Shown in pieces: positions 28,760 to 37,779 of a stretch of 64,000 bases of DNA. A program made the translations under genes and the position numbers. The notes under the pieces were generated by a model. It was not told the DNA's origin. It ran no database searches and worked only from the letters and a program-made list of their open reading frames with translations. Position 1 is the stretch's first letter. Each line of letters starts with the position of its first letter. This DNA is from Candidatus Binatia bacterium (GTDB lineage: Bacteria; Desulfobacterota; Binatia; Bin18), in NCBI GenBank assembly GCA_963664395.2, contig OY761159.2, forward strand, positions 3,104,001-3,168,000, read 5' to 3'.

Positions 28760-29851
28760 ATGACAACAGCTATATCACACCAGAACGATCAGCCTCTCTT
28801 ACCGGGTCGTCTCGGCAATCCTGACCAGGTCTTGAAGACCGATCCGCGCACTGATCCCCGCTTGGTTACCGCCTGTGCGCCCTTTAAGCTCGACGTGGCC
28901 CTGCCGCCCGTGCCGGTCAACGCGGACTCGCCCTTGCCGGAGCAGCTCGACTTCTGTGCGGCAAGCGAGGCTGGCATGGCAACGGTGTTTGCCGCCCTGT
29001 GCGCTGACCTGCCGGCGATTCCGAATGTTGAGCGGCGGACCGAGGTCATCAAAGGCGTGGACGGTAACGACATCAATCTGTACATTCATACGCCTCAGAA
29101 TGTGTCTGGCCCGCTGCCCTGTGTGTATCATATGCACGGCGGCGGCATGGTTATCCTGACAGCCGATGATCCATCTTATCGACGCTGGCGCGACGAACTC
29201 GCGGCCCTCGGCATGATCGCCGTTGGGGTGGAATTCCGTAATGGCGCGGGCAAGCTTGGCAACCATCCGTTTCCGGCCGGCCTCAACGACTGCACGAGCG
29301 GACTGCAATGGACGTTTGACCACAAGGCCAGCCTGGGGGTCTCGAAGATCATTGTGTCCGGTGAGTCTGGCGGAGGGAATCTCGCTCTGGCCACGTGTTT
29401 GCAGGCCAAGCAGGACGGACGCCTTGAACACATTGCTGGCGTCTACGCCTTGTGCCCGTACATTTATGGCGGGTGGGCACAGCCGAGTCAGGAGCTTCGC
29501 TCCCTCTACGAGAACGACAACTACTTGATCAACTGCCACCAGATGGAGGTGCTGGCAGGCGTCTATGACCCTGAAGGTAAAAACGCTAAAAATCCGCTGT
29601 GCTGGCCGTACTGGGCCACAGGCGAAGACCTGCAGGGGTTGCCCCCGCACGTCATCTCGGTCAACGAATTGGACCCCCTGCGGGACGAGGGGCTCATCTA
29701 TTATCAGATGCTCATGGCAGCGGGGACGCCAGTATACAGTCGGACCGTCAACGGGACCTGCCACGCCGCCGACGTCCTTTTCCCCAAAGCGATCCCGGAC
29801 GTATACGCTGCCACCATCCGCGATATCAAAGGGTTTGCAGATTCGCTGTAG
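28760..29851 (+). CDS. Alpha/beta hydrolase, HSL-family esterase
   Basis: HGGG, GESGG, DPLRDEG, TCH. Confidence 0.92.
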   Translation: MTTAISHQNDQPLLPGRLGNPDQVLKTDPRTDPRLVTACAPFKLDVALPPVPVNADSPLPEQLDFCAASEAGMATVFAALCADLPAIPNVERRTEVIKGVDGNDINLYIHTPQNVSGPLPCVYHMHGGGMVILTADDPSYRRWRDELAALGMIAVGVEFRNGAGKLGNHPFPAGLNDCTSGLQWTFDHKASLGVSKIIVSGESGGGNLALATCLQAKQDGRLEHIAGVYALCPYIYGGWAQPSQELRSLYENDNYLINCHQMEVLAGVYDPEGKNAKNPLCWPYWATGEDLQGLPPHVISVNELDPLRDEGLIYYQMLMAAGTPVYSRTVNGTCHAADVLFPKAIPDVYAATIRDIKGFADSL

Positions 29852-30047
29852 AGCCGGCGTAGGGGGCTCAGTATTATGGAACAGATTGCGTCGTTTGTTC
29901 CTATGCTGTGGCCCTCCTGGCGTAAAGTGAGGCAGGCCGGTGGTCTGTCTGACCCTACTGCCAGGCCCGTTGTTACTTCTTGCCAGGTTATGCCAGCTCG
30001 CCTGAGGGGGTTCGGCTGACGGCGTGAACACCGAGGAGGAAGACCAC

Positions 30048-30824
30048 ATGGCAGATTATATCGACATCGAACAGGCCAAAACCCTGGACGGATTACGGAT
30101 TGTTGCCCCTCCGGGCCGCCCCAACCCGTGGGCCGAGGGGCTCAAGGGTATGTGTCACATCAAGAACCTGCCGTACGTGCTGGTCGGCAAAGCGCCTGGG
30201 CACGATGCCGTCTTGCAGGACTGGACCCGTCAGAGCAGCGCGCCCGTAGCCGTCTGGAATGAGGAACGGCCGCGCACCACCTGGAATGAACAACTCTATT
30301 TGGTTGAGCGGCTTGCCCCGCAGCCCTCGCTCGTGCCGGACGATGAGACCGATCGCATTCTCATGTTCGGGCTGTGTAACGAGTTGTGTGGTGAGGCTGG
30401 CTTTGGCTGGTCCCGCCGTATCATGATCGTCCATGGTATCTTGTCTAACCCGGAGGTGGGCGAGCAAGGTAAAGCGGCGGCGTCCTACTTGGGCGGCAAG
30501 TACGGCTATAGCCCGGCCACCGCCGAAGCCGTCCCCCAGCGCGTCGCCCAGATCCTGCGAACCTTGAGTGGCCGGTTAGCCGAGCAGCAGGCCCAAGGCC
30601 GCCAGTATCTGATCGGGAACACACTGTCCGCCTTGGACATTTATTGGTCCACATTTGCCGTGCTCGTCGCACCCCTGCCGCTCGATCTGTGTCCGATGGA
30701 CGCAGCCTTCCGGGCCTCGTTTGTGAATACCGACTCCGTGGTGACTGAGGCGCTGTCTCCCCAATTATTAGAGCACCGCGACCGGATTTATCGCGACCAT
30801 TTACGACTGCCTATGGACTTTTAA
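30048..30824 (+). CDS. GST-fold protein
   Basis: PNPWAE..K, QSSAPV, YLIGNTLSALDIYW; GAGGAGG RBS. Confidence 0.75.
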   Translation: MADYIDIEQAKTLDGLRIVAPPGRPNPWAEGLKGMCHIKNLPYVLVGKAPGHDAVLQDWTRQSSAPVAVWNEERPRTTWNEQLYLVERLAPQPSLVPDDETDRILMFGLCNELCGEAGFGWSRRIMIVHGILSNPEVGEQGKAAASYLGGKYGYSPATAEAVPQRVAQILRTLSGRLAEQQAQGRQYLIGNTLSALDIYWSTFAVLVAPLPLDLCPMDAAFRASFVNTDSVVTEALSPQLLEHRDRIYRDHLRLPMDF

Positions 30825-30912
30825 GGTTCTGTCAGGGTATAGCGATTTCGTTAACAACCCGCTCCGATCTACTAGCTGGTGTGAATGGGAGCGCTACCGA
30901 AGGAGGCGAAAA

Positions 30913-31746
30913 GTGATCCGTGTAACCGACGCAATGCGACAAGCTTTCTCAAGCGATGGCGTGATCAAAGCTGAGGGGCTTTTGAGTGCGGCTGAACTCG
31001 CCGAGTGTCGGCGTTGTTTGGACTTCAACCTCGCGAACCCAGGCCCGACGGCTCTCGATATCTACGCAGGCACGAGCGATTCGCACTACAACGATCTCGG
31101 CACCGCCAAATCACTCGAAGTCTACCGACCGATGCTGGAGAAACTGGCTTTCGCGGAGTTCCTCGCAGATCTCTGGGGGTCGGAGCATGTCTGGTATTTC
31201 GGTGAGGAGATTTTTGTTAAAGACGGTGGAAAAGCTGGTCGTACCCTGTGGCACCAAGATATGCCCTATTTCCCGGCCGAAGGGTCTCATCTGGCGAATA
31301 TCTGGATCAGTTTCGAGGCCCTGCCGGCTCGGAACGCCCTGGAAGTAATCAAGGGCTCCCATCGCGGCCCCATGTACGATGGTGCGGCGTTTATGGACTC
31401 CAAGGACCCGACAAGGCCCCTGTGGGGCGCCGCGCATTTTCCACGCTTGCCGGACATCGAAGCCGAGCGGGCCAAGGATCCAAATTCATGGGACGCGCGC
31501 TCTTGGGATTTGGAACTCGGTGATGCCGTCGTGCTTCATTCGGGGGCGTTGCACGGCGGAGCGCCGGTCGATGCCGCCTGCCCGACCCGCCATACCGTAG
31601 TGCTGCGTTTCTTCGGTGACGATCTCCGCTATCGGCCCTTCCCGGACGCCAAACCTGATTACTTCATGGATCTGCGCGCCTTTGATGTCGGCTCGCTGAA
31701 AGCCGGCGATTTGTACAGAGGTGAGCATTTCTTGCAGTTGCGTTGA
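30913..31746 (+). CDS. Phytanoyl-CoA dioxygenase family (Fe/2-oxoglutarate)
   Basis: WHQD, WISFE, GSH, LHG, R...LRFFGDD. Confidence 0.88.
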   Translation: MIRVTDAMRQAFSSDGVIKAEGLLSAAELAECRRCLDFNLANPGPTALDIYAGTSDSHYNDLGTAKSLEVYRPMLEKLAFAEFLADLWGSEHVWYFGEEIFVKDGGKAGRTLWHQDMPYFPAEGSHLANIWISFEALPARNALEVIKGSHRGPMYDGAAFMDSKDPTRPLWGAAHFPRLPDIEAERAKDPNSWDARSWDLELGDAVVLHSGALHGGAPVDAACPTRHTVVLRFFGDDLRYRPFPDAKPDYFMDLRAFDVGSLKAGDLYRGEHFLQLR

Positions 31747-31769
31747 GCCCGCTCGCGGGGGGTGGCAAC

Positions 31770-31930
31770 GGTACTGTCAACTTAACGAAGGGCTTGCCAA
31801 CGGAGTTTCGAGATCAAGCCTTTACGGCCTGGCGAGAGGTAAGGGTAGGCTTGCCCGCAGCCTAAGGAGAATCCCCATCCGAGCTCACACGACGGAAGTT
31901 CGCATTCTGTCCCAATAACTTGACAGCGCC
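31770..31930 (+). mobile_element. 161-bp non-autonomous IS6-family derivative (MITE-like)
   Basis: IRL ggtactgtcaactt, IRR aacttgacagcgcc; interior encodes FRDQAFTAWREV, the tail seen in the IS6 remnant at 42726-43023. Confidence 0.8.
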
Positions 31931-31970
31931 TGTTGACGCCTCCGTCTCGGCCAGGAACACCGCCGGTGGG

Positions 31971-33302
31971 CTAGTGGAACCCCAGCCCGGGCAGTGGGCC
32001 GCGATCCACGACGGGCGCCCGCCTGGTCCCGGCTCCCAAGGTAACCGAGCCGGGTGGGCGCTCAAACGGGTCCACCAGATCGATCGCCTGCGCGTGGTCC
32101 TTCAGCGCTGGCATCACCTCTTCCGCGAATAAGCGCATGCTGGTGCGCCGCTCGTCATCACTGTGTGGCCCCTGAAGGTGCAGGATGATGAAGATCCCGA
32201 CCCGCAGGACGCTCATGATCGCCTTGATTTTGGGGATCACGGTCGTGGGCGTGCCGACGATCACCTGCATATTTTTCTGCCCGCGCTCGAGCGCCGCCTG
32301 CAGCTTGCCCCGGATGGCAGCATAATCGATCTCGCCGTCCGCCGCGACCTGCTGCTGCTCTTTCAGCTTCTCGCCGCTGATCCCGAGCCATGCGCTGGTC
32401 TGGGTCTTCGCCAAGGTGCGAATGGCCGCTTTCGAGTTGTAGCCCGGCGGCATCATGAATTCCGCCGCCGAGAAGGCATTCTGCCCTCCCCCGTAGACGA
32501 ACCCCGCAGCGGCCTGCTGCGCTTTTTCCTCCGTCTCTCCCACGGCTGTTGCGACCATGTAGCCGAAATTCTCCGGCCCGGCTTGATAGCCATGTTGGGC
32601 CGCTTCGTCCGCGTAGAAGTCCCACAACTCGCACGTGGCCGGTAGCGGGGTGCCAAGCCCGATATACGGATACCGATGTGCGGCACACCACTCGACGGTC
32701 TCAGGGCTCAGCGTCCCGGGAATCCACATCGGCGGATAGGGTTTTTGGTAGGGTAGCGCCCACGGATTGACATGGCGATAATGAAAATGTTTGCCCTCGT
32801 AGCGCCACGGTCCCGGGCGCGTCCAGGCTTCGATAATAAAGTCGTGCGCTTCGTTGAACATCTCCCGGTTATAGGCCGGATTGGCATTATTGAAGAACTG
32901 CTCGCTGCCCGCGCCGCGCACCCAGCCGGTGACCAGGCGGCCGCGCGAGATGAGATCGATCTCGGCCAGCTCTTCGGCCATCCGCAGCGGATGTTTGATG
33001 ACCGGCAAGGGGTTCCCGACCAGAACAATCTTGGCTTTGCTGGTAATCCGAGCCAGGATAGAGGCTTCTACGTTCATGACCGACCCCATGCAGATCGGGT
33101 TGCCGTGATGCTCGTTCAGGGCCAGGGCGTCGAAGCCCAGGTCCTCGGCGTAGCAATATTCGTCGAGATAGTAATTGTAGTCATCGGCCGCCTTTTCACG
33201 GTCGAAATGCTGGTTCGAGATGGCGAAAAACGCCCGATTCTTCAAAATGAGCTCTTCGGGCAGCCAGCGATACGGCCGTTCAGTGAAATATCCGATTTGC
33301 AT
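31971..33302 (-). CDS. LLM-class flavin-dependent monooxygenase
   Basis: GFDALALNEHH, HPLRMAEELAEIDLISRGR, PYQKPYPP. Confidence 0.92.
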   Translation of the reverse strand: MQIGYFTERPYRWLPEELILKNRAFFAISNQHFDREKAADDYNYYLDEYCYAEDLGFDALALNEHHGNPICMGSVMNVEASILARITSKAKIVLVGNPLPVIKHPLRMAEELAEIDLISRGRLVTGWVRGAGSEQFFNNANPAYNREMFNEAHDFIIEAWTRPGPWRYEGKHFHYRHVNPWALPYQKPYPPMWIPGTLSPETVEWCAAHRYPYIGLGTPLPATCELWDFYADEAAQHGYQAGPENFGYMVATAVGETEEKAQQAAAGFVYGGGQNAFSAAEFMMPPGYNSKAAIRTLAKTQTSAWLGISGEKLKEQQQVAADGEIDYAAIRGKLQAALERGQKNMQVIVGTPTTVIPKIKAIMSVLRVGIFIILHLQGPHSDDERRTSMRLFAEEVMPALKDHAQAIDLVDPFERPPGSVTLGAGTRRAPVVDRGPLPGLGFH

Positions 33303-33488
33303 CTGGGGTTCCCTCGGTGGATTGTGGTCAGCTCAAGCCTGCGTTTTCGGCCCGCGACACCTCACTCCTCGCGCTTGCTCTCGGGATGACGCCCTGTGCC
33401 TTCGAGCGTCGCTTCCTGCGCGGGCTCTCGACTCATAGCATCGCTGTCGCCCCGCCGGAAGGCCGTTGTGGGTATTGTCAGGTACGCT

Positions 33489-34826
33489 TCACTGTGCTTG
33501 TTCCATTGTCGGATCAATCACCTCTGCAACGTGGGCCAGGCGGTGTTCGATCAGTCTGTCGCCGCCGCCCGTCACCCGAGAGCGAGCAGTTTCTTCCGGT
33601 TTGCCTTTGACTGCGGCGAGTTCGGCCCGCGAGCGTTGTGAGTTCGGCTTGGCTCGCTGGTAGTCCGGCAAGCCATCGGCTTCGCGGAATTCGGGCATGA
33701 CTTCCTCGGAAACGATCTGCATGTGCTTCATGACCATCCAGTTCGGCATCGGTCCGTAGGGCGAGCCCGGGCCGATCATACCACCCGCGCCAACTTCGTC
33801 GCAGTAGTGGCCGAGTTCGTTCTTGACCGTCTCCGGAGAGCCGACAATGATATAGCGATCGGCGATCAGCTCGTCATAGGTCAGGTTGGCTTGCGGTTTG
33901 ACCTTCCCTTTTTGCAGCAGGCCCATGAAGTTGCGAAACGACTTCGTCGACATATAGCCCGGCGGGAAAAAGAATTGGTCAGGGATTTTGAGCCCTGTGT
34001 TGAAGACCCACGACAGGTGGGCTTTAGCCTCGCGGTGAGCTTGTTCGTCGGTCTCGGCGACGTAGGTTGGTACGCAGGCGTTGAACATACTCTTGGGTGC
34101 GTCGTAACCGAGCCGATGACACTCTTCCCGCAGGCCGTCGAACGCCATCTTGGTGAACCACAAGGGAGAGAACACCATCATATAGGTGTATTTGTGTTTC
34201 GCAATGAACTGTAACGTTTCGAGCGAGCCTTGGCCTGGGATCCAGATCGGCGGATGTGGTTGCTGAATCGGGCGTGGAATTGGATTGACATTAGGGACGT
34301 AGAAATGATCGCCCTGCCAGGTAAATGGGCCGTCATCAGTCCAGGCTTTGAGGATCAAGTCATGGGCTTCATTGAAGCGTTCCAGCGAATCGGCCGGCGC
34401 GATACCGTTGTTGAAATATTCACAACCGATGCCGCGCACAAAGCCTGAAATAATGCGACCGCCCGAAATAACGTCGAGCAGGGCGATTTCCTCGGCGACA
34501 CGCAGGGGGTTGCCATGCAGGGGGATGGCATTGCCGATAATGCCGATCGGGATTTCTTTCGTCCGCTGCACAAGCATCGCTGCGATAATGTTTGGCGACG
34601 GCATAGTGCCATAGAAATTCGCGTGATGTTCGTTGACAGCAATCGCGTCGAAACCGAATTGTTCAGCGGCGGCGAGTTGGTCGAGGTATTCGTTGTACAG
34701 CGAGTGGCCGCGATGTGGGTCATAATACTTATTCGACAACGACACCCAGGTTGACTGGATTTCAGACGCCGGCGGAATATACGGGTAGGGCATCAAGTGA
34801 AAGAAATAAAAACGCAGCTTGTTCAT
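33489..34826 (-). CDS. LLM-class flavin-dependent monooxygenase
   Basis: GFDAIAVNEHH, NPLRVAEEIALLDVISGGR, PIQQPHPPIW. Confidence 0.92.
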   Translation of the reverse strand: MNKLRFYFFHLMPYPYIPPASEIQSTWVSLSNKYYDPHRGHSLYNEYLDQLAAAEQFGFDAIAVNEHHANFYGTMPSPNIIAAMLVQRTKEIPIGIIGNAIPLHGNPLRVAEEIALLDVISGGRIISGFVRGIGCEYFNNGIAPADSLERFNEAHDLILKAWTDDGPFTWQGDHFYVPNVNPIPRPIQQPHPPIWIPGQGSLETLQFIAKHKYTYMMVFSPLWFTKMAFDGLREECHRLGYDAPKSMFNACVPTYVAETDEQAHREAKAHLSWVFNTGLKIPDQFFFPPGYMSTKSFRNFMGLLQKGKVKPQANLTYDELIADRYIIVGSPETVKNELGHYCDEVGAGGMIGPGSPYGPMPNWMVMKHMQIVSEEVMPEFREADGLPDYQRAKPNSQRSRAELAAVKGKPEETARSRVTGGGDRLIEHRLAHVAEVIDPTMEQAQ

Positions 34827-35653
34827 TGTGTAGCCTCCTCGATAAAAACCGTCAGAATAGCAGCGAGTTCACGCGGCCGTTCCAAAAGCGGTTCGTGGCC
34901 GGTGCCCGCGATGCGGATCAGTCGGCAGTTAGGTAATACTGCGGCAAATTTATCCGACATGGCGTTAGGGACGAGGCGGTCTTCTTCAGCCCCAATTACC
35001 TGGGTTGGACAGGTCAGTCGCTGTAGGCGGTGTTCGAGCTTGAGGTTGTAGCGCGGTGCCCACATGAGGCGCGCCGCGGCAGAGGATTCACTATACATAT
35101 GAATGCCTTCATCGAAATCCTCCCCGTCCGGTAACCATGCCTGCATCACGTCCTTGTCCTTGAATAGACGGTCCATGACTTCGGGGGGGGAGAGCTGAAA
35201 AATGTCGACTCCAGGATCGTCTTCAAGACGCAGTCCAACCGGTGTGATGAGCGAGAGCGATTTGAGCCGGCGCGGATAAAACGAAGCAAACTCGGCGGCT
35301 GCCCAGCCACCCATCGAAAAACCAATGAGGTGGATTTGGGAGAGTTCAAGCTGCTCGAACAACTGGTCATAGAGGATGGTGAGATCATCGAAACCGCGTA
35401 CCCACTGCGGCAGCGGAGTTTCACCAAAACCGGGGCACTCAGGGGCAACGAAGTCCAGTTTTTCTGCAAGCATGGCATAGAACGGAAGCCACATGCGTGT
35501 GAAGCCGGCCCCGTGAAACAAAACCGTAGCTTCGCCCGCCCCCTCGCGGCGATACGCGATCGGAAGGCCAAGCACTTCTTCAAAATAGGGCTCGGTATAA
35601 TGCTTCTGCGGTCTTGGTATGTCGATTTTCTCGACGACGTCGATATAACTCAT
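34823..35653 (-). CDS. Alpha/beta fold hydrolase
   Basis: FHG, PGFGE, GFSMGG nucleophile elbow, D.LVP, GH; ATGA overlap with the LLM gene. Confidence 0.9.
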   Translation of the reverse strand: MSYIDVVEKIDIPRPQKHYTEPYFEEVLGLPIAYRREGAGEATVLFHGAGFTRMWLPFYAMLAEKLDFVAPECPGFGETPLPQWVRGFDDLTILYDQLFEQLELSQIHLIGFSMGGWAAAEFASFYPRRLKSLSLITPVGLRLEDDPGVDIFQLSPPEVMDRLFKDKDVMQAWLPDGEDFDEGIHMYSESSAAARLMWAPRYNLKLEHRLQRLTCPTQVIGAEEDRLVPNAMSDKFAAVLPNCRLIRIAGTGHEPLLERPRELAAILTVFIEEATQ

Positions 35654-35667
35654 GCGCGTGAATCCTC

Positions 35668-35762
35668 CTAAGAACGCTCTGCATCTAACCTCACGCTACG
35701 TGAGTTCATGTCTTCGAGCGCGATCCGGTAGAGCTTCGCCACGTTGTGGCAGACGATCTGTC
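35668..35762 (-). pseudogene. Amidohydrolase C-terminal remnant
   Basis: QIVCHNVAKLYRI...* ending just before the RBS of the hydrolase; typical Amidohydro_2 C-terminal N.A.LY motif. Confidence 0.5.
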
Positions 35763-36047
35763 CATACCGTGGTATGACCCTCACTGTTTTCTTTAGTTGT
35801 CAAACATGACGAGCGCAAGGTTGTGGCCTCAATTCCATGCTTACGGAGGCGGAGCTGCTTGTCCAACGATATGTACAGGAGTACAACGGCTCCGAGAGCA
35901 GGCTCCGACCTGTGATGAAGCTGAACTACGTACGCGAGTTGTGACACAGCAAAGGTCTAGGGGCCTATCGCACGCGAAAGCGGCGCTTCGATCTGGATGC
36001 TGAGCATTTGGAAGACCTCGCTGTCATGAATGTAGGGGGCAACGCGT

Positions 36048-36293
36048 ATGCCTGCGTTAACCGATTTGAGGAACCAAGCATGCATCGTCGGCATCGGCGA
36101 AACAGACTACACGCGCGGTACGCCTAAGAGCGCGCTCGAACTCGCCCTGGACGCGTCGCTGGGCGCGATCGAGGATGCCGGCATACAGCCTGGAGACATC
36201 GACGCGGTGGTTCTCATAAACAGGGGGAAGGGGCGGCTCAAGGCGCCTTCCCTGCGGGAGGTGGCGCCGTGGCTCTCACCGATGAGTCAGTAG
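36048..36293 (+). pseudogene. Thiolase-like (SCP-x/lipid-transfer type) N-terminal fragment
   Basis: ACIVGIGETDY...LELALDASLGAIEDAGI.P.DIDAVV, then loss of homology and stop at a REP doublet. Confidence 0.75.
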
Positions 36294-36377
36294 GTCGGAT
36301 TAGCGAAGCGTAATCCGACACTCCTCCCCGCCCCCGCCATGTCGGCTTACGCCTACGGCTAAGCCGACATGGCGGGC
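36285..36377 (+). repeat. REP family B doublet, copy 1
   Basis: gtaggtcggattagcgaagcgtaatccgac ... gtcggcttacgcctacggctaagccgac; near-identical to 37519-37606. Confidence 0.88.
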
Positions 36378-36437
36378 TGGTGGAAGCCAAGAAGCCGGTC
36401 TGACTCAGGCGCAGGTCGCAGCGCGCGTACGAACAAA

Positions 36438-36536
36438 GCCAATGCCACCTTGCTGTACCGTATCGAAGCTATTTGCCACTCTGCGGGTTTTGAGTCACCG
36501 ACGATCTGTACACCCCAGCAACTAATGGAGGGCTAA
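36438..36536 (+). pseudogene. C-terminal remnant of a PIN-domain (VapC-like) toxin
   Basis: ANATLLYRIEAICHSAGFESPTICTPQQLMEG*, matching the ANA...I....G...P.ICTP..L PIN-subfamily tail; 5' part absent. Confidence 0.65.
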
Positions 36537-36540
36537 AATT

Positions 36541-36729
36541 ATGTGGCGCTATCCAATTGTAGAAGAAGTCCGGTTCTACTGTGAGGCATACTCTGCCCAA
36601 TTCAACTATAATCTGAAGGCGATTTACCAGGATTTACGTGAACGGCAGAAGAAAAGCGGCCGGAAAATCTTCTCATTACCTCTCAAACGTGTACAAAAGA
36701 GAGTATCTGAAAGCCAACCTGCTTCCTAA
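36541..36729 (+). CDS. Small protein typically paired with this PIN family (putative antitoxin)
   Basis: MW..PIVEEVR...E.Y...FNY.L.AI..DL...Q; GGAGG RBS within the PIN remnant. Confidence 0.65.
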   Translation: MWRYPIVEEVRFYCEAYSAQFNYNLKAIYQDLRERQKKSGRKIFSLPLKRVQKRVSESQPAS

Positions 36730-36804
36730 TCGGACGGCTACAATCTGATTGCGTCCTGCTACGCAGTCTGCAACGGCTGAGCGGGGACCGTTACTTTTTG
36801 ACCG

Positions 36805-37440
36805 ATGGCTGACAAACGCAAACCGTAAACATCCCCTGGTCCCGCAATCTCGAAATCGCAACCCAATGATGATTTCACGCTAACTCCGGCGCTCTACTAC
36901 GACGCGATTCACTACTACGATTCTGCGCGCATTGCTGATGCATCAGGAGATACCTATACCTGTGACCGCTTCAAACGTTCGTCTCTGCTCGCCGCCTTCA
37001 GTTTTTTCGAGGCTCAACTTAACCAAATTGCCTTTGCATATGCCGACACTCATCGAGACCGTATTGGGCAAATCGAGATCGATATTCTTGAGGAGATGGA
37101 AACTGTCATGGATGATCGAGGTGATATCATCCGCAAAAACAAGTTCTACAGAACAGAATCCCGATTTTTATTTCTTGCGTATTTTCTAACCGGTCAAGAC
37201 TTTGACCGTAGTGGTAAACTATGGCAGCAATTTCAGGTTGCCAGGAAATTACGTGACCGTTGGACGCACCCAAAACCACCCTTTGACACTTGGTCGCTCT
37301 CCCTTTCCGATGTCTATTCAGCGATAACTGTCACCCGTGATCTATTCATCGAGCTGTCAGAAATGATGGATGCCGATCCACCGCTATGGTTGAAACCTGT
37401 AGACGATGTACTCGACGAAATACACCGCGAGGCCGGATGA
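36805..37440 (+). pseudogene. HEPN-like protein with an early in-frame stop
   Basis: ATG 36805, TAA at 36826, then open in frame to 37440; SSLLAAFSFFEAQLN and RxxxxH (RDRWTH). Confidence 0.6.
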
Positions 37441-37518
37441 ATCGTGATATCAAAATGGAATGCCCCGAAGCGGCAAAGCGGTGCGGATTTGAAATATGAA
37501 CTGAGGATTGGGGGATGT

Positions 37519-37606
37519 AGTCAGTAGGTCGGATTAGCGAAGCGTAATCCGACACTCCTCCCAGTCCCCGCCATGTCGGCTTACGCCTACGGCTAAGCCG
37601 ACCTAC
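37519..37606 (+). repeat. REP family B doublet, copy 2 (GTAG...CTAC complete)
   Basis: agtcagtaggtcggattagcgaagcgtaatccgac...gtcggcttacgcctacggctaagccgacctac. Confidence 0.88.
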
Positions 37607-37675
37607 CAGGCTCAGGGCCAACAGGAAGCCGTCTGTGCTAAGCGTAGCCCGGCAGGGCAGAGTCGAAGCATGGAG

Positions 37676-37698
37676 GCCGGATCAAGTCCGGCATGACG
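37676..37698. repeat. Short palindromic element remnant (third REP-like family)
   Basis: gccggatcaagtccggcatgacg hairpin resembling widespread proteobacterial palindromic repeats; single copy in the window. Confidence 0.4.
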
Positions 37699-37779
37699 AA
37701 GGCGTACTGGTACAGCTACAACTTATCGTGAAACGCCCGAGTGAGGCAACAATCCGTTAGCCGGAGAGGCGCAAAGAAT

